From Utricularia gibba (taxonomy: Eukaryota > Plantae > Magnoliophyta), in the NCBI GenBank assembly GCA_002189035.1, contig CM007990.1:4898001-4962000 (forward strand): DNA of 64,000 bases, written 5' to 3'. Position numbers and translations under genes: made by a program. Every line of letters begins with the position of its first letter. Positions within the stretch are counted from its first letter, which is position 1. Under the pieces are notes generated by a model. That model saw only the letters and a program-made list of their open reading frames with translations, did not search any database and was not told the DNA's origin. Shown in pieces: positions 37,609 through 56,911 of this stretch.

Positions 37609-39936
37609 ATGGCTGCGAGTTTCCGGCCGATTCCAATTATCCGTCGCTTCGTTCTTCTAGTTGTTTGGTATAGTTGTAGTATCGGTGGGGTATTTCCACA
37701 ATCGCCTAATATGCAGAACATTCAGACATTCTACCCTTTTCTTCTGCCGCCACCAAATGCATCTCCTCCGCCGCTCGTGGCGGCCGGATCTTCAACGAGG
37801 GAGGCGGTGGGGAGGGCTATTGGGGTGACGTTTGCTGCAACCGCGGTGGCTTTGTCTGCGTTTTTTGTTGTTTTGTATCTGTGTATTGCGAAGAAGCGTG
37901 GAAGGTAATAAGGTGGTTGGTGGGGCGGTAGTTGGAGGGGCGAATGGATTGCTTCCTTTGAGTGATGGGTTTATTCGTGTGAATGGGAATTTGAAGGGCG
38001 TGATTGTGGATGAGAATGGGTTGGATGTGCTGTATTGGAAGAAGATGGAAGATGGAAAAGGGGTTGGCTTCAAGAAACAGATCTACAGGAGCTCGGAGGC
38101 GGAGGGGGAGGAGGAGGAGAAAACGGTGAGCAGGAAGGAAAGAAGGTCGACGCAGATGAATCAAGAAGTTCCCTTGCTTCGGGGGAAGTCCTCTACTTCT
38201 CACAGCCCAATCTGGGCCGACGAAAAGCCAGATTCATCGATTGAAATTGTCGCCGCAGCAAACCCTCCGCCGCCGCCAATTCAGTCTTCATACGCGGTTT
38301 CTAATGGGGAAAAAGCTGCTGCTGCGCTTTCCTCCTCCTCCGCCAGCGCCACCCATAAAACGCCCGGCTCCCCGCCGCCACCGAAATCAGCAACAACCAT
38401 GGTTGTTGCCAAGAATATCCATTCGTCCTCCGCAAACGGAAATGTCGAGACGAAACTGAAGCCCCTGCACTGGGATAAGATGAATCCTGATTCTGATCAT
38501 TCAATGGTATGGGACAAGATTGACAAAGGCTCCTTCAAGTAATAATTCTAGCCCCTTTTCATTTACTTCTAGTATTGCACATTCTTTTTGTACCAGGATT
38601 GATTGTACTTCCTGCATTTTCAGATTCGATGGAGATCTCATGGAAGCATTGTTTGGATACGTGGCCACAAACAGAAAATCCCCAGAACCACTGGGACTCC
38701 CAGAGACGAAAAAAAAGGGCCACCTTCACAGATTTTCATCCTTGAGTCGCGTAAATCTCAGAACACTGCAATTGTGCTCAAGTCTCTGGGTGTCACTCGT
38801 AATGAAATCATTGATGCACTGACTGATGGACAAGGCTTAAACGCGGATACCATCGAAAAGCTTGCAAAAATTGCTCCAACTGAAGAAGAAGCCTCTCAGA
38901 TTCTTGCATTTGATGGCGATCCCACTAGGCTCGCAGATGCTGAATCGTTCCTCTACCATCTCCTCAAGGCAGTGCCTACTGCCTTCATTCGTTTGAAAGC
39001 TTTGCATTTTCGGATAACTTATGACTCTGAGGTTTTACAAGTCAGAGAATCTTTACAATCCTCGAGTCTGCCTGCGCAGAATTAAGAAATCGTGGGTTGT
39101 TTCTGAAGCTTCTTGAGGCTGTTCTCAAGGCAGGGAACAGATTAAACGCAGGTACATCAAGAGGAAATGCGCAGGCTTTCAACCTCACAGCTTTGAGAAA
39201 ACTGTCTGATGTCAAAAGCTCCGATGGAAAAATGACTCTTCTGCAATTTGTTGTCCAAGAAGTTGTCCGTGCAGAGGGTAAACGTTGCGTGTTGAATAGA
39301 AACCGGAGTTTGAGCCGAACAAGTAGCCGGAGTACCAATGGTGCAAATGCTCAAAGCTCTGATTCTTCACCAATGAACGATGATCTTGAACGGGAGTACA
39401 TGATACTCGGCTTGCCCATCGTGGGTGGCCTGAGTGAAGAATTCTCAAACGTGAAAAAGGCAGCAACTTTGGACTACGACGCTCTTGTTAAGACAGTATC
39501 ATCTCTGACATCTCAGATCACTGAAGTCCAACAAATGGTGGCGCAATGTGGGCACGAAGGGGGATTTACACGGGGGATGAAGGGCTTTCTTGAAACAGCA
39601 GACATGGAGATAACATTGGTAAAGCAAGAGCAAACCAGAGTAATGGAACTTGTGAAAAGAACGACAGATTACTATCAAGCCGGGTCATCCAAGGACAATG
39701 GAGCAAGCCTTCTTCTGCTGTTTGTCATTGTCAGGGATTTCCTGGTAATGGTTGATCAGGTCTGCGTTGACATCACCAAGAATGTGCAGAGGCGAAAACC
39801 TGGATCCTCGTTCACAGATTCACCACCACCAGGATCTCCAAGGGTGTTCAAGTTCCCAAAACTTCCTGCAAATTTCTTGTCCGACAACTCCAAGGCCAAC
39901 TCAAGCGACTCAGACAAAGATTCCCAGGTCAGATAA
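37609..39936 (+). CDS. FH8: Class I (group Ie) formin, FH4/FH8-like, 2 exons, with three frameshifts in this sequence
   Basis: Signal peptide, [10 protein letters not shown] segment, group-Ie motif [16 protein letters not shown], Pro-rich FH1 and FH2 KLKPLHWDK...[12 protein letters not shown]...[28 protein letters not shown]...[11 protein letters not shown]. Intron ~38539-38624. Confidence 0.92.
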
Positions 39937-40545
39937 GACGATCAAACATGTCTTGTATATACATTTAAAGGAAAAAGAGTTCAGATGTAGCAGCTGATAT
40001 TGATTCTTGGTTTTCCCCAAGTGTAAAACAACGTCACATTGCATTGATTGCACAGAATGTGATGCATATTTTTGAGTTGAGGGAGCTTCTTGGAATGGCT
40101 TTTGCATGAAAAAGTCCTTAAATTACTGATTCGAGGATGATCTAATGGGAAGATGCTGGTTATGGAGAAAATGTAAACTCCAGGAGCCAGTCTCTTGGAG
40201 TCCAGCTCACAGATCTCGTAGGCCCAACCCAGAAATAACGTTTGGCCCAGGCTACCAGCATTTATTGGACTGACTCATTAAATTTACCGAACCAGCCCAG
40301 CCCGATTCCAATTTAAATATTTAAATAATTGATTGTACTAGAGAATGTATTTGAGGTGTACCTGCTGCTGATAAACTTGTACATTACTCCTGCGTATCAG
40401 GGCTCACGCTAAGAAAGTGCAGCCGCCAACAAGATGCCGACACGTACGACTTCCGTCTGCGCGAGTGTAGCTCAGGTCTCTGCGGTGTGTCGAGGAATTT
40501 CATTTGAGCCAATTTATCCATGAGTGAACATTCTCCCGCCTCGCC

Positions 40546-43500
40546 ATGAATGCTGCTGCTGCTTCTATCTTCCGTTTCGCCTCTCTTCCAAATGCCCCGT
40601 TATCGCTCCAGAAACTCCTGCCTCTTCCTCGCCGGAAACCCGCACTGCGCTTTGCTGACTCCGGCCAGCGGCCGCAATTAGGAGATTTTCGTGGAATCCG
40701 GTTCTACAGTTTTCCTGTGGATTCGCCGTCTCAGGTCTCCCAAGAAGGAGGAGATGGGGAATCCGATGATGAGGATGATGACGATGATGTGGTTGCTGTG
40801 GAGTATGGTGATCTTTCTGATGCAGTAGATGATGGATCAGAGCAAGAGGAAGATGGAGAGGAAGAAGATTTTGCAGAGGGGGTGGGCGGGGTTGGGTTTA
40901 GTACTGGTGATTCGGGATTCGAGGAGTTTAAGTGGCAGAGAGTTGAGAGAATCAGGAATGATGTGCGTGAGTTTGGTGATGGAATCATTGATATTGACGA
41001 GCTGGCCTCTATCCACAATTTTAGGATCGATAAATTTCAGGTGCTTCATTTAGTACTCGAAGCTTAACGACAGAACTTAATATTGATCTGTTGGATAAGA
41101 TGTACTTGATATTGATTTTATTTATTCTTGATTTCGTAGAGAATGGCAATCGATGCATTCTTGAAAGGTTCCTCTGTTGTGGTTTCTGCGCCAACTAGCA
41201 GCGGGAAAACCTTGATTGCTGAAGCTGCGGCTGTTGCTACTGTGGCCAGAGGAAGGAGATTGTTTTACACTACTCCATTAAAGGCCTTATCAAATCAAAA
41301 GTTTCGTGAATTCCGGTAAGTGGTTAGCTCACAACCACATTAAGTGTGCTGTTGTGGGTTTGAAGATTAAAAGACTTATGTCCGGTTCCATAGGGAGACC
41401 TTCGGGGATGATAATGTTGGACTTCTCACCGGGGACACTGCTGTAAAGAAAGATGCGCAAGTCTTAATAATGACCACAGAGATTTTACGGAACATGTTGT
41501 ACCAGAGGTACTAGTTTCTATCTATTTTCCTCAAGTGGAATTTGGAGTAGTATGATTCTGTGTGGTGTCCTCTCCTGTTTCTTTTTTTTTTTCTTTTTTG
41601 CAAGCTTTAGTTAATTTGGTATTTGCAGTTTCAGTTTCTGTGTAAAGATGATGGTCTCATTTTTATTGCATATGTGCTCTCCCTCAAATGCTTTCATGAT
41701 CCAGTGTTGGAATGACATCATCTGCAAGCACACTTTCTCATGTGGCGTGATTGTTCTAGATGAAGTTCATTATCTCAGTGACATATCACGCGGTACAGTT
41801 TGGGAAGAGATTGTGAGTAGTTATGAAATCTAACGTATTAACTTTTTACCACTGCCATGCATTTTTGACTGATGTTCAAAAGTAGGTTATTTACTGCCCA
41901 AAGGAAGTGCAACTTATCTGTTTGTCCGCAACGGTTGCTAACCCAGATGAGTTGGCTGGCTGGATTGGTCAGGTATGTATGAGGGCGAATGTTTTAGATA
42001 CAGATTCAAATGCTAAAAGTAGAAATGATTGTAGCTGGATACTTCTGTCTACTATATTTCTGTACATCAATGAAAATGAGCCTGCATATGATTCAATCTT
42101 CACTTCATTCCAGTCTTATGTTTCTTTCTCTTCTTCTCATATTATTTTTTTTTAATGGTCGAAGATCCATGGAAAAACTGAGCTAGTAAAATCATCTAGG
42201 CGCCCTGTTCCTTTGACTTGGCATTTCTCTACAAGGTCGGCATTATTACCGCTTCTTGATGAGAAAGGCACTGCCATGAGCAGGTGATCTTTGTTTCCTC
42301 TAAAGATGCTCTCCATGAACAGGTTATCTTTGTTTCATCTAGCCTAACTGTTCGTACTGCTATCCTTAGTAAGGTTGCTATCAATCAGCTGCAGCAGCAG
42401 TATGATTCATCAAGAGCAAATCTGTATGAGGATGAGGGACCTAGACGGAGGAAATCAAGAAAACAACGATTTGATATGACTGTGCTTAGGAAGAATGAAA
42501 TCGATGCTGTTCGTCGTTCACAGGTATCCATTGATCCCTTTTCTGAAAGTGATATCTCTTGATGCGTATTTTGATTTTTCTCTCGTTTCTGTCATAGGTA
42601 CCTCAAGTCATAGATACGTTATTTCATCTTAAAGCAAGGGATATGCTTCCAGCAGTGTGGTTCATATTTAGTAGAAAAGGCTGTGATGCAGCCGTTCAGT
42701 ATCTTGAGCATTGTAACTTGCTGGATGAGCTTGAAGTAACTGAAGTAGAGCTTGCCCTGAAAAGATTCCGGTTTCAGTACCCTGATGCTGTGAGAGAATC
42801 ATCTGTAAAAGGACTTCTTCGAGGTGTAGCTGCTCATCATGCAGGTTGCCTTCCCCTGTGGAAATCTTTCATCGAGGAGCTTTTTCAAAAGGGACTTGTG
42901 AAGGTGGTTTTTGCCACTGAAACTCTTGCCGCTGGAATCAATATGCCTGCTAGAACAGCAGTTGTTTCTTCTTTGATCAAAAGGACTGAAAGTCATCGTA
43001 CAATATTAAGCTCAAATGCCCTCCTCCAGATGGCAGGCCGAGCTGGCCGTAGGGGAATTGATGAGAGAGGCCACGTTGTTCTTGTCCAGACACCATATGA
43101 AGGGGCTGAAGAATGCTGTAAAGTCCTCTTTTCTGGACTCGAACCTCTCGTGTCACAGTTTACAGCATCTTATGGGATGGTGCTTAATCTGCTGGCGGTA
43201 AGATGCAAAAGTTTCTTTTGAAACCTTCCCGTTAATCTTAGATCATAAGTTGTCTTATCTAGGGGGCGAAACTCACACACGGATCAACTGAGTCAAGTGG
43301 ATCTATGCAACGTTCGGGGCGGACGTTGGAAGAAGCAAGGAAATTGATTGAGCAAAGTTTTGGAAATTACATTGGGAGCAACGTCATGCTTGCTGCAAGG
43401 GACGAGCTATCGAAGATACAGAATGAAATACAGGTACTGACTGCTGAAATAACGGAGGAAGCTATTGACGCAAAGAGTAAGAAACTGCTGCCTTACACAA

Positions 43501-45592
43501 CCTACAAGGAGATAGCTGATCTCCAGGAAAAGCTGAAGGTACTTTCTTCTTGTTCATTCGCTACTGGATGCTGGTTTGGGATACGATGTGCACGTCATTC
43601 TGCATGAGCTAATGACAGTATATCATATTTTTTGTAGGTTGAGAAGCGTAGAAGAAGTGAACTTCGAACAAAAGTGGAACTTGAAAGAATTTTATCAATG
43701 ACACCTTTGCTAGATGATATTGCAAATAGTCATTTACCATTCATATGTTTGCAGCATACTGATTCCGATGGTGTTCAACAGCAGATTCCTGCTGTATATT
43801 TGGGGAAGGTTAATTCTTTGAACAATCCGTATGTCCAAAATATGGTAAGATTGAATTAATTTGCCATTTTAAGTCTCTTTTATATCTTCAGTGTTTGAAC
43901 AAAATATGGAAGGCTTGTAGCAATTAAACTTACACGTAAATCTAAATGATAGCACCTTTATCATTGAAAAGTTTCTCAAATCTGAATAGTAGTACCTTGA
44001 TATAGTATACTCTTCTTGCATCTAGTGGTCACGCATCATTCTCTGCATCAATGTCTTGTCTAAAATGTTTTCCCCCTTGTTGCAGATTCAAGAGTCTGAT
44101 GTTTTTGCCCTAAACAAGGAGACATTTTTTACGGGAACTGATTCCAGGTGTTTTGAACCATCTTACCATATAGCTCTTGGTTCCGAAAATTCATGGTACC
44201 TTTTTACTGAGAAGTGGATCAAAGCAGTGTATAGAACTGGTTTCCCCAACGTCGCCTTGGCTCTAGGAGATGCTCTGCCTCGTGAAGTGATGACCACTCT
44301 GCTTGTTAAACATCCAATGAACTGGCAAAAAGTTGCAGACTCAGAACTTGGTGGTTTCTGGCGCATGGAAGGATCCCTCGAGACTTGGTCTTGGAGCCTG
44401 AATGTGCCTGTCTTGACCAGTCTTTCTGTGGATGATGAGGTAATCCGTTGAATTTAATGTTCGTACGTAAATACACAGTTCGCCAAAAATAACAAATTCT
44501 GCATTGTTTTGCATCTGACGAGTAATTTCGGGTCTATGTTGCTAGGTTGTGGTGTCCTCAGAAGGGTACCAGAATGCCATAGAAGGCTACAAGGAGCAAA
44601 GAAACAACGTGTCCCGTCTAAAGAAAAGAATGGCCCGTACCGAAGGATTCAGAGAATACAGAAAAATCATAGACATTGCCAAGTTCACTTTGGAGAAGAT
44701 AAGGAGATTGAAAATCAGATCACGGCGTCTGTCTGCTCGTATCCAGCAGATCGAACCATCTGGTTGGAAGGAGTTTCTCCAGATCAGCAACGTCATTCAT
44801 GAAATAAGAGCCTTGGACATCAACTCCCTCGTCATATTCCCACTGGGTGAAACTGCTGCTGCAATCAGAGGAGAGAATGAACTCTGGCTAGCAATGACAT
44901 TACGAAATAAAATTCTCTTGGACTTGAAGCCTGCACAGCTTGCTGCTGTCTGTGGAAGTCTAGTTTCTGAAGGAGTGAAGCTTCGACCCTCGAAGAGTAA
45001 CAGGTATGCCTATTCATATCCAATCAAACTCAGATGGAATGCACCAACTACTACTAATGTGGTGATTTTGGCTTTTCGGAAGTTACGTATACGAAGCCTC
45101 GGCTGCGGTGATGGATGTTGTCGCCTTGCTGGAAGTGCAAAGAGACTCACTTCTCCAACTCCAGGATAAGCATGGGGTGAAGGTAGTGTCTTACCAGAGA
45201 GCACAGTTGAAACTCTACACATGTCATGTGTTTTGTTTTATTGTTGGACTGAGACAGGATTTCATGCTACGTAGATACCTTGCTGCTTGGACACCCAGTT
45301 CTGTGGAATGGTTGAAGCTTGGGCTTCCGGTCTAACCTGGAAGGAGATCATGATGGACTGCGCAATGGATGAAGGAGATTTAGCGCGCCTCCTAAGACGC
45401 ACAATCGATCTACTGGCTCAGGTAAAACACATATGTTCTTGTCCTGCTCTCAAGATGCTGCTGCATCCTAATCCAAATCTTTTCATTCCACAGGTACCGA
45501 AACTACCTGACATCGATCCGGCGTTACGGAACAATGCTGTTAAAGCCTCAAGTGTGATGGATCGTCCTCCAATAAGTGAGCTTGTAGGATGA
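40546..45592 (+). CDS. ISE2: Chloroplast Ski2-like DExH-box RNA helicase 15 (ISE2/EMB25)
   Basis: Transit peptide and acidic N-terminus. Motifs [77 protein letters not shown] and [10 protein letters not shown]; C-terminal [24 protein letters not shown]. One 1-nt deletion at ~41745. Confidence 0.97.
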
Positions 45593-45628
45593 AGAAGCTC
45601 GGGTAATTATCCCGTGCATCCACGTTGA

Positions 45629-45879
45629 GGCCTTGTTTGATATGAGGTTATAAAGTTGGTTTATGATAGATTTAATAAAATTGTATTGTTTGGTATGTGG
45701 GTATAATTATACTTTATATATAGATATAATAATCATTATATCTATATAATACCCTCATATATGATTATATATATATCTAAGTAGGGGTATAGGTATTTTT
45801 ATATCCACATATTTAGAATTAATTAAATCCAAATAATCTAAATCCACTAACACTTAAAACACATCAATCAAACAAGATC
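45629..45879. mobile_element. Tourist/PIF-Harbinger-like MITE (251 bp), complete
   Basis: TIRs GGCCTTGTTTGAT / ATCAAACAAGATC (11/13), flanked by TGA on both sides (45626-45628 and 45880-45882) as a 3-bp TSD. AT-rich interior; a second family member lies at 1284-1518. Confidence 0.85.
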
Positions 45880-46422
45880 TGAAATGTATCATAGATTTGT
45901 AAAGTCATTCATTAACACAAACACATCAGTAGTAGTATCTGTTGTTTCTTACAGCTGCAGTCTTTAGGCGAAGCTGCCAAAGTAAAGCTGCAGTCTTTAG
46001 CCATCTGCTTACAGAGAGAGAGAGAGAGCTTATGGAACCCACAGTAGGTGACGTTACAGAATCAAAACAAAATCTTCATCAATTGGAGATGTATTTCTCG
46101 AAGAATGAATCTAAAGTATAACAATTGTACAGTGGAATGGAAGTGGCTTCCATGTAATATACCGTAATACTCAGTCCCATCTTCTACTCATTTGGTCAGA
46201 AGCTGCGCTGAATGAATGAATATTTATATATAGGTGAGTTGCAAGTTTTAGCATGTACTTCTGATCTTCATCTGAAGCAGTATAGTATGCTTCCCCTGCA
46301 AAGCAAAAAGGCAGCCAGCAGTGGTTAATTCAACACAAGGATAGTAGTAGATGAGAAGTTCGCAGGCTACTTTTATAACCGTCCAATACTTGTAGCGAGT
46401 CATTTTGGTTGTGCAAGTGTAC

Positions 46423-52826
<6,404 letters not shown>

Positions 52827-54672
52827 ATTGGCACGTCCAGCTTTCACTGTAATAAAATGCACCAATCAGCATGTTAATCATGCAAAGCTACCACGGACTG
52901 AATTTACAACCAATAGCAGAGATAATGTGGCTTTCAAATTGCATGGTCAAACACAAAATTTCTATCCTGACCTCAAATATGAATCATCATAACAATGGAG
53001 ATTAGGTGTTTGAATGGTAAACCATATTCTACCGTAAACCCAGATAGTAAGACAAAACGAAAGACCTATACATCGAAGGGAACATGCAGCTAATTGTTTT
53101 ACTCTGTGAACAGGGATTAACGTAAGTCCTACACTACAGCGCTGAACACATATAAAAGAGCGATTCATATCTTCCTACACAAAGATACAAAACAAGGCCC
53201 AACGGAAAAACAGACAATCCACGATCAACGTAAGGGTTCAAAAAACAGGAGAGGTACTGCCCAACACGGCAGGAAAGAGTAGGGTGCTTTGGTTAAGAAC
53301 TCAGGAATTCATCATTCCAATCTTGTCTCGTCTTCAACTACTCATCTCACAAGTATTAAAAAACAGCAAGTAGAAATGCAAAACATTAACGCACGTCATC
53401 CAATTCACTAAAAAACATCGGTGATCCAGCAGCCCGCCCATACGCAAAATCAAACCACCACTCACGATTACATCAAAAAAGTTGACGTTAGATCTATTGC
53501 CCGAGACGAAACAGCAATAGCAACGACACTTCAAACTCACCGCCTCCTCGCAGATCACCACCCAATCCCGAAGAAAAATCCAGATCCGCAATCTAAAAAT
53601 GAAAATTTCTTCTTCTCCCACAGCAACGCTCGAATGCAACAATTTCCTCTGCACTCACAGCATCCATAATATCCACCTCATGTACGCATTGACGCGAAAC
53701 GTTCGAGAGAAGAGTTTTCCCGGTGCGGTTTGCGGGCGAGACGTTTTTCTTGACACAGAAGGATTGTCAAGTGACCATGAAGATGAGAACATATATATAT
53801 GCACACATATGGAAGGAAACTATATATATCTGAATTTGCCCATTAATACCCGCACTACATTTTTCAATTTCCTATTTTCTATATCACCTAAATCTTCATT
53901 TCCTTAATCTTTTATTTTTGAAATCTCTTTATTTATTGCAAAATATTTTTTCTACTTTTTTTTTAAAAAAAAATATCATAACGTTGTAGACTTCGTCACT
54001 GTTTAAAGCGAAATATTTTTCTTTTCCAAAAAAAGGCATATAAAACATTATTATTTTTTTTAATTTCAAGCTAGGGCCACAGAAGCTCATTAATTAAATA
54101 ATAATTAATTTAATAGGATTCGAGTCTTGGCCCATTGTACTCGAAAACCCGATTGGCTCCTGAATGTGGAAGCTATTGGGCCAGAGGATAACCCTAATGA
54201 AGAGTTGGGCCTTCATCCGGTATCTTACATTATGGCCCATGGGCCATCATACAACACTAAAGACCTATTTGATAATCTATAAAAATTTATTTTATATTAA
54301 ATAACGCATATTAATTACAAATTTGACAAAAATTGTTATGAGTTCTTGCAACTTCAATGAACTTTGTTCATCCCTCAAACATTTACATAATGGAAATTTT
54401 CACCGGTCTAAGAGTAGTCTTCGTTTTTATTATTTTTTCGAGTTACCAATCTTTCTTTTTAATTATTTTCTACTAAATTGCTTCTAAACTTCTTAATATT
54501 ACAGAAATCATAAAGAAAACGCTAAAAATCTTCAAATACTATCAACAATGGATGATCTATTAAACAATTTTGCTATTCTACATCACATGTAAAAAGATAA
54601 AGCAAGTTCTTAACAGAGAATTTCTCTATTTAAATAATAGTAAAATATAAAATTATGTTTTATATATAATTC

Positions 54673-54738
54673 TTAAATTCTAAACCCTAAACTTGAACTC
54701 TAAACCCTAAACCATGAATCCTAAATTCTAAATTCTAA
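54673..54738. repeat. Degenerate telomere-like (CCCTAAA) repeat patch
   Basis: ctaaaccctaaac twice, plus cctaaa/ctaaatt variants, in intergenic AT-rich DNA. Confidence 0.5.
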
Positions 54739-56721
54739 GACTAGGTGCATGCACGCATGGGGTATCTATTATTCTTACTATTTTTAATTTTTTCTTTCAT
54801 TATCACTTTTGTTCCACCTTTTTATCAATAAATTAGTTGTTTTTTAAGTTTCTATAAAAATTCTTTCCAATTTTCAATATATAATAAAAATATTTTTTCT
54901 TCAAAATTTAAAATTATAATTATTGATAATATTTTATATAAATATTATGCATTTTTATTCTATCATAAAAAAACATATTTATAAATCTAATCATAACTAG
55001 CCATTAATTAAACCTTCCTATATTTAGTATGGAGTAAATTAAAAAGTTTGTTTTGGTTGGTCGGTGAATGAAGCACCAAGAAGGCAATGGAATGATTAAG
55101 GTCAATGCCATATTATTAAACTGTACTTTATGACATGGTTAGGCAGCGCCTAGCGAAGCTAATGACGTTTTTAATTAAGATTAGCAGGTGGTTAAGTTGG
55201 GTGTGATTCTTCTAGGCGATCCGGGGCCCGCCCACTAGGGAGGAAGGGGCACCATGATACTGTTTGTATTAATAGCTTAAAGGATTATTAATTAAATGAA
55301 AATAATAGGAGAGTATAATTGAGGCAACAGCCTGTGGTGTTCATGGGTTGGCGGGACCTAATGTGGGCCCCCCTCCCACACCTCATGAACAGACAAAACT
55401 GTTTGTATTTTCCTCTTTTTCTTTTTTTGGACTTTTTTCGGTTTAGATTACGATTTTACCCAGATGCAGACACATCGTAGATATGCGTGCTACTTATTGT
55501 AAGGCAAGGGAATTTGAACCATATTCCATATTGGTTAGGGATCAGGAACGAATGTGTTTAAATAGATTAATTATCTTAATCTTATACGAAATATTTTCTT
55601 TGAAATGGAAAAATGTATAATGATAAGAATTAAGTATTTGAAATATACAATATCGTACAATAAAAGTACATATCATTCAATTTATAACAAATACCCTTAA
55701 ATTATTTAAATTTAGATAAATTAGTAAATAAATATTTATTTATAAATATGTTTAATACATGAGTTTTGATTATTTGAATTTATGAGAAATATACATCTGG
55801 CATAATTGTTTGGAAATGAATGTTATGTATAAAGTTTTTTAGCATTTAATATATATAAATAATTATTAGATACAAATTTTATACGTGTTTAGAAACTTTT
55901 ATTTAGGGATACATTTGTGTAAGTTATTAAATAAATATTTTGATATATTTGGAATGTCACATGGAAGAAATTATTTGAAAATGAACATTCTTTACAAATT
56001 TTTATGAAAATATATTTCAATTATAATTGTTTTATTGGATATAAAATAAACAAAAAGAATTGTATGTACATCTAGATGTATGGTTGCTGAACCATCTTTA
56101 ATCATCCGCTGAAACTCTTGACATTATCCAACTTCATAATATTTTAACGTTTTATTTTGTATTTAAAATTTAATAAAATTTTTACCAAATTAGACTCGTG
56201 GCTTTGTCATGTGTTACCAAAATCAAGGTACATTGGAGTGTTAAATTCATGAATTTAATCCTCTAAATCTACCCATCAAATTTGATCAAACTAGTTTTAA
56301 AGTTAAAACTAGTTTGACGTGCCAAGGGACTTTAGGGTAATTTGCTTTTTTTTCATTGTTTTTTAATTTTAATATTAAAAAAATGATCTCAAGGAAAATT
56401 GATTTACGTTTTAAAGAATGATGAGAATAATAGAACCTGATCCATGGCGGCGGTTGAAGGTTATGGCATTCGGAATTTAATCTCTGGGTGGCCGTAGATT
56501 TACTACCAACTAACTACATCTTTTCCGATAGGTAGGAGGGAGTGACAGACACACGCGTCGTGTACATCAGACGTATTCGCCTGCGGTACTTTCATGGACT
56601 TATCCAGATTTCAGAGAATTATGGTGAGAAGGGAGGTGAACCCTAGCAAATAGCGGATTTGATTTGCCCTAGGTATGTAAATGTAGCCGTTAAGGTTAAA
56701 TTATTTACGGAAGGAAGGGAA

Positions 56722-56748
56722 GAGAGAGAGAGAGAGATAGAGAGAGGG
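56722..56748. repeat. (GA)n microsatellite upstream of GT92; other SSRs are (TAA)n ~19588-19607, (CT)n ~32238-32254 and (GA)n ~46013-46028
   Basis: Read directly from the sequence. Confidence 0.85.
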
Positions 56749-56911
56749 AGATAAAGAAAGAAGAAATCCGGTCCCTCTGAGATAATTAAAGGAGAAACTC
56801 GGATGCTGCGGGATGGCGATGATGGGGGCAAATGCGAGGAAGGAGAATCACGCTTCCCTTTGAAGTGCATTCGCTGCCAACTGTCGCCTCGGTTTTCAGA
56901 TCTACGGCGGG

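Noticed and set aside
42360-42385. Apparent frameshift at an ISE2 exon start
   Set aside because: Using the upstream acceptor ccttag| gives the in-frame [11 protein letters not shown], so no error is needed.
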